Source: an uncultured delta proteobacterium (GTDB lineage Bacteria > Desulfobacterota > Desulfomonilia > UBA1062). Taken from it: DNA of 64,000 nt. The stretch is taken from positions 1 through 64,000 of the forward strand of contig CAWAUM010000010.1 in assembly GCA_963785235.1 (NCBI GenBank), in the 5' to 3' direction. Below, piece after piece: positions 59,045 through 64,000 of the stretch. Positions within the stretch are counted from its first letter, which is position 1; the number at the start of each line of letters is the position of its first letter. The notes under the pieces were generated by a model. The model saw only the letters and a program-made list of their open reading frames with translations, searched no databases and was not told the origin of the DNA. A program made the translations under genes and the position numbers.

Positions 59045-59908
59045 ATGACCAAAAGAATTTTACTCTTCATTATGACGAATGTCCTCGTAATGGTAACCGT
59101 CTCGCTGATCATCAACGTGCTGGGCTTGGGTCATTACCTGACACCCTATGGAATAAACTGGGTGGCCCTTGCTGCCTTCTGCGGCATCTGGGGCATGACT
59201 GGGGCCTTTATATCATTGGCATTGTCTCGGTTTATTGCAAAAAAGGCCATGGGCGTTCAGATAATCGATTCAAACCCCAACCATCCGCTCGTGATGATGG
59301 TTGATCTTTTACGCCAGAGGGCAGGACTCCCAATGCCTGAGGTCGGGATCTATGACTCGCCCGAAATGAATGCATTCGCCACCGGACCAACGAAAAAGAG
59401 AAGCCTCATAGCCGTTTCATCAGGCCTGCTCAACAAAATGAGCAAAAACGAGATTGAAGGCGTACTTGCCCATGAAATAAGCCACATTGCCAATGGAGAC
59501 ATGATCACCATGACGTTGATTGCCGGCGTGGTCAACTCCTTTGCCATGTTCCTGTCAAGGATCGTCAGTTACTTCGTCAGTCTGAGTGTCAAGGAGGATA
59601 TGGCATACATCGTGAGGTTCGCCCTGACAATTGCACTGGATATTCTCTTCAGCATCCTTGGGTCTATTGTCGTTGCCTTCTTCTCCAGATCAAGGGAATT
59701 CAAGGCGGATATGGGCGCTGCCACGATTGCAGGCAAGGATAAGATGATTGCAGCGCTTGAAAACCTTCAGCGGAACTTTGAGCCTATCGACAGGAGGGCC
59801 GCTTCTCTGGATACTCTCAAGATTTCAGGCAAAAGCGGATTTCTTGCATTGTTTTCAACACATCCGCCCCTTGAAAAGCGAATCGAGGTGTTAAGAAATT
59901 CACATTAA
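59045..59908 (+). CDS. htpX: Membrane zinc protease HtpX
   Basis: NAFATG, AVS.GLL, HEISHIANGDM, FSR.RE..AD, THPPLE.RI. Confidence 0.93.
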   Translation: MTKRILLFIMTNVLVMVTVSLIINVLGLGHYLTPYGINWVALAAFCGIWGMTGAFISLALSRFIAKKAMGVQIIDSNPNHPLVMMVDLLRQRAGLPMPEVGIYDSPEMNAFATGPTKKRSLIAVSSGLLNKMSKNEIEGVLAHEISHIANGDMITMTLIAGVVNSFAMFLSRIVSYFVSLSVKEDMAYIVRFALTIALDILFSILGSIVVAFFSRSREFKADMGAATIAGKDKMIAALENLQRNFEPIDRRAASLDTLKISGKSGFLALFSTHPPLEKRIEVLRNSH

Positions 59909-59962
59909 TCCGGATTTTGCGTTTAAGCCCAGATTCTATATGTAAGAGGTGTAAAACAACTT

Positions 59963-60658
59963 TTAGGGATAATCAGACAAATGCTGGCTGAGATATCCCT
60001 TGATATAGCGTTCCACCCGCTCTTTTGGTTTGTAGATGCCGAAATGGCCCTCACAGAGTATGTCGGCCCTGAGTTCTAAAAGCTTATTCATGGATTCCCT
60101 CCATTGGCTGATGTCCGACTTGAATTCCCGTGTGAAGGGGCCGTGGATATCCTGCCCGAAGAGTACTCTGCTTCCCTGTCTGTCCATGTAAACCGATATG
60201 GACCCCGGTGTATGCCCCGGGGTGTGAATGCAGTGGAGAACATCTGCTCCGCAGGCAATGATCTCCTGATCCCCCTTTAACCGCCTATCCACTGATGTCT
60301 TTGGCAGCCTGGTGTTGTACCAGTGAGCAGCCGTGAGCATGGGGTCGCCCGACTCAATGGCATCCGCATCAAGCTCATGGGCAACAACAGTACAGTTATA
60401 TTTTTCCTTGAAATATGACACGGAACCGATATGGTCCACATGACAGTGGGTCAGAACCAGCGTGGTAATCCTTTGGGGGTCAAGGCCCGCATCTACGATA
60501 TTCTCAACTATGGCATCAGGGTCCTTGCCTGCACCGCAGTCTATCATCACAAGGTCCTGCCCGCAGGTAATGACAAACACGGAAGCATCATAGGGGTCGG
60601 AGAGATCTGAACCGCCTACCTGATAGATGCCCTCTACAATGACTTCATATTCACCCAT
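59963..60658 (-). CDS. MBL-fold metallohydrolase
   Basis: THCHVDHIG, HTPGHTPGS, LFGQD, LCEGH. Confidence 0.85.
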   Translation of the reverse strand: MGEYEVIVEGIYQVGGSDLSDPYDASVFVITCGQDLVMIDCGAGKDPDAIVENIVDAGLDPQRITTLVLTHCHVDHIGSVSYFKEKYNCTVVAHELDADAIESGDPMLTAAHWYNTRLPKTSVDRRLKGDQEIIACGADVLHCIHTPGHTPGSISVYMDRQGSRVLFGQDIHGPFTREFKSDISQWRESMNKLLELRADILCEGHFGIYKPKERVERYIKGYLSQHLSDYP

Positions 60659-60694
60659 ATCTTACCTCCCTAATAAGGGGTAACATAGAGTTTA

Positions 60695-62075
60695 CTACCT
60701 TGATTTTAACCTGCGGTCGAGAAGGACTTTAAGGGTGAAGATGGCTCCCGGATCGGCCTGGCGCACCACATCGATCTCGCCATGGATCTTCACCATGGCT
60801 ATACGGGCCTCGGTCAGGCCAAGTCCGGTCTTCATGGGGTCTGTTGAATAGAAAGGGGCATAGATGGTCTGAACCTTGTCTTTGATACCCGGGCCAAAAT
60901 CACGTATTGAGATCATTGCGTAATTTATATCACGTGATATATCGATTATTACCTCGGGAGTGCCGGTCTCGATGGCGTTCTCCAATATCCTGTTGAAGGC
61001 CACTCGCACATGTTCGGGGTCACAGAAGGCATTGATGTTCTTCGGGGCATTCACCCGTACAGGGATAAGCGGCTCAAACATGGACACACATTGGCGAATG
61101 AGCCCGCATACCTCTACCTGGGAGCATGAAGGCTCCATCTTCATGAGCATCTCATAGCGCTCAATGCGGGTAATCATGTCTTCTATTCGTTTAATGGAAG
61201 AATAGATGCCTGACAGCGCCTGTTCCCACTTTCTAGTCTTTTCACCCTTTTCGCGTTCCAATCTCCTGATATAGGCACCGATGATGGTAAGAGGATTTCG
61301 CAGTTCATGGGACAGCCCGTTGATCATCTGGCTCAGATCATTGGCCTGGATGGTAAGCCTTCGCTGCATGGCCCTGATATCGGTGATATCCCTGCCGATG
61401 ATGGAAAGTGAATAGATGCGGCCTTCTTCTTCCAGGGGCGTGCTCAAGAGCGAAAAGATGCCGATCCTCCCGCCCAGGAGGGACATTCTCACCTCAGCTC
61501 GAATAGGCACCCCTTTGTTAAATCCCTTGTCAAGCATGGCATCAAGGTTTGAGCGATCCTCCTCAACAACGAATTCAACAAATGATCTGCCAAGGATAGA
61601 AGTTTCCTTTTCTTCAAGGTAATTCTTGAACGTATCATTGCAGAACATGATCTTGCCGGAAGGACCTAGGATAAAGATGAGATCATTGGCGTTCTTGATG
61701 ATGGCTTTGTGCCGTCTGCTGTCGCGCAGGATCACCCTCTGCTTTTCCTTTATGGTAAGATCCTTTTCGCCCAATGACCTGATGAGCATGTCTCCTACCT
61801 CGAAAGATTCCCTCATCTCGTTGTACAGCATGGCCATGGCATTAATAACCGCCCCATCCTTCGGGATAACCCCCATGACTGAAGAAGGCGTCCTTTTAGG
61901 GGCCATGCCTTCATGCACCAGGTAGATGCGGCGGGAGCCCGATGTCTCTCCCCTTCAATGCCTTTGGGTTATCGATAAAAAGAAGACAACTGTCCTCGGT
62001 CTCTTCGAGGGAATGAACATGCTTGAGAACGACCCCCTTTGGTGGATTTATTGTACCCATCCAGTATACATCCAT
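60695..62075 (-). CDS. PAS-domain sensor histidine kinase (frameshift near 61938)
   Basis: PAS domain, SHELRNPL, NAIE, DFGPG, PFYST, GLGL. The N-terminus MDVYWMG... is in another frame. Confidence 0.85.
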
Positions 62076-62161
62076 AGGCACTCATTCGGGAAAATGACCT
62101 GATTTCTTTACTAATTATAGGGAATATTGCTTATACCACTAGTTTCGGGTACAAAAACTCC

Positions 62162-63265
62162 ATGGCATCAAAAAGACCCCATGTAGGTATTGCTCTCGAT
62201 AGTGGCGGGGCCATGGGTGGGGCCCATATCGGAGTGCTGGAAGTGCTTGCCGAGAACTCAATCCCGCTTGATATTATCGTCGGCTCCAGCGCAGGGGCGG
62301 CAGTAGGCGCCTTTTTCGCTGCAGGAAAGCTTCAGGATTTTAAAAAACTCATAACAGACCTCTCCTTCGTCCACTCCTTGAGTTACTACGTTGATCCGGT
62401 TTTTCCTACATCCGGCCTGCTCGCAGGCATCCGGGCACATAACTTCATCCGATCCCTGGTGGGCGATGTGCTTATTGAGGACCTCTCAATCACCTTTATC
62501 GCAGTGGCTACAGACCTGCTTACCGGAGAGACGGTTGCCATAGATAAGGGCCCTTTGGCGGATGCGGTAATGGCCAGCATGGCCATACCCGGGATATTCA
62601 GACCCGTGGTCCATATGGGCCGTCTGCTCGCCGATGGCGGTGTTTCAGACCCATTGCCGCTGGATATCCTTATGACTCACAACCCGGATATAACAATTGC
62701 CTGCAATCTCCATCCGCGTATGCCCAGGCGATTCTCATCGAGCAAGAGGCAGGATATCATCAAGGCTGAGCAAAAGGCATCAGCCAGGGAAGAAGACCTT
62801 GCATCAGGTATAATCGAACGGGTCGCCGGACTTATGAGTTCCCAGGCGATGTTTGAAAGTTTAAAACCTATGGCTGCCTCCATACTTAAAAAAATGAGCG
62901 AATCTCGATCGAAAAAGTTCCCTGAAATAGATCTTGGTCAGACGATTAAAGACCATCTCATTGCAAGCAGGCAGAAGCTCTATGAAATTATATCAAGGCC
63001 GTTTTCGGCTATGGGAGCTCAGCAGAGGCTTAACATCATCGAAATACTGTTGAGCGCCACCAATATTCAGCAGTACCAGAAAAACCGGCTTATGCTCAGG
63101 TATGAACCCCCTGACATCCTTATCGAACCGGATGTAATAGACATTGGTGCCTTGGAGTTCACCAAGGGAGAATCGGCCATAGGGGAAGGGAGAATTAAGG
63201 CTGAGAATGCAATCCCTGAACTTCGCAGGATGATCGATGCTAAAAGAAAGTCTACTTCACGATAA
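62162..63265 (+). CDS. Patatin-like phospholipase (RssA-like)
   Basis: SGGAMG.AHIGVL, GSSAG, DGG. Confidence 0.9.
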   Translation: MASKRPHVGIALDSGGAMGGAHIGVLEVLAENSIPLDIIVGSSAGAAVGAFFAAGKLQDFKKLITDLSFVHSLSYYVDPVFPTSGLLAGIRAHNFIRSLVGDVLIEDLSITFIAVATDLLTGETVAIDKGPLADAVMASMAIPGIFRPVVHMGRLLADGGVSDPLPLDILMTHNPDITIACNLHPRMPRRFSSSKRQDIIKAEQKASAREEDLASGIIERVAGLMSSQAMFESLKPMAASILKKMSESRSKKFPEIDLGQTIKDHLIASRQKLYEIISRPFSAMGAQQRLNIIEILLSATNIQQYQKNRLMLRYEPPDILIEPDVIDIGALEFTKGESAIGEGRIKAENAIPELRRMIDAKRKSTSR

Positions 63266-63983
63266 GCAAGTTAGCTTGTTTGAGTCTTTGGGCCAGCGCG
63301 GTTATGATCTTGTTGGCCACATCAGGGTTATCATTGATGATGCGTTCCAGCCCGCCTTCCTGGACAGGGATGACTTCGACTACGCTCTTGCCTATTGATC
63401 TGATGGTGGCACTTCTGGGCTCATTAAGGATGAAGCTCATCTCCCCGAAATATTCACCAGGCTTGGTAATCACACCTATACGGACATCCTTCTTCAGCAC
63501 CTCGAGCCCGCTTTCAGTCTGCAACAGCTTGTAGATCTCGGTGCCATCCGTACCCTCTTCGATGATTATCTGGCCGTCATTGTATTCCTTCAGATCAAGA
63601 TTTATGGTTTCGCTATAAGGAATATTCGCCTCTGCAATGGAGGTGGTCTGTTCAAGCTGCAGGAAAGCCGACCGCATAACCATGGTGGCCAGCGCCGGTT
63701 TGGAGTAAGCGATCTCATCAATAAGCTCCGCTTCGTATGTGGCAATCCGGGATGTCTTGGTGGCCTTGGCAGTAGTGGTGTATGGGATGCCCCTGTAGAA
63801 ATTTTCCAGACCGAAGACGTCTCTTTCTGTCAAGATGCGGATAGGTTTATCGAGCTGGTAGATCTGAACCTCTCCTTGCAGGATGGCATAGAAATACCGG
63901 CATGGATCGCCTTCGCGCACCACGCTCTCGCCCGGCCTGTATTCCCGGACCTCAACAGATTCAATGGGACTTGAATCCAGCAT
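63252..63983 (-). CDS. Protein with tandem cyclic-nucleotide-binding domains
   Basis: Two domains: EGD...VFG.E, and EG...YFGEMS....PRSAT. Confidence 0.85.
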   Translation of the reverse strand: MLDSSPIESVEVREYRPGESVVREGDPCRYFYAILQGEVQIYQLDKPIRILTERDVFGLENFYRGIPYTTTAKATKTSRIATYEAELIDEIAYSKPALATMVMRSAFLQLEQTTSIAEANIPYSETINLDLKEYNDGQIIIEEGTDGTEIYKLLQTESGLEVLKKDVRIGVITKPGEYFGEMSFILNEPRSATIRSIGKSVVEVIPVQEGGLERIINDNPDVANKIITALAQRLKQANLLIVK

Positions 63984-64000
63984 ATGAGCCCTTTCGGTAT

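Overview
Gene-dense bacterial window; the gene repertoire suggests an anaerobic Desulfobacterota/deltaproteobacterial genome (inference). About a dozen single-base indels split otherwise intact genes, which looks like unpolished long-read assembly rather than decay. Content, left to right: end of a PEP-CTERM/EPS-type locus; a REP-rich region with a partial duplication of the liv operon and two toxin-antitoxin pairs; livKHMGF; an alternative spermidine pathway (regulator, speB, carboxyspermidine dehydrogenase, nspC, speA); a third TA pair beside a MITE; PNP, metB-like, HD, hypAB, dapL, MCP and a polar amino-acid ABC transporter; a sigma54-type operon of three tiny membrane proteins; a helicase; and an MMPL/RND protein. 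Then comes the most interesting block (35-46.6 kb): cytochrome bd genes tightly coupled to inositol-3-phosphate synthase, a xylose-isomerase-fold enzyme, UbiE and a second methyltransferase, followed by an FAD oxidoreductase, and facing a UbiA prenyltransferase plus a cytochrome b5-membrane protein. I propose this as a candidate oxygenase-free, inositol-derived route to a ubiquinone-like quinone, packaged with its terminal oxidase (hypothesis). The rest holds AsmA, an archaeal-type asparagine synthetase with purF, MprF, an NhaR-divergent His-rich/CDF/DedA/HtpX cluster, a PAS kinase, a patatin and a cNMP-binding protein. I recognised no rRNA, tRNA, CRISPR array, transposase or integrase.
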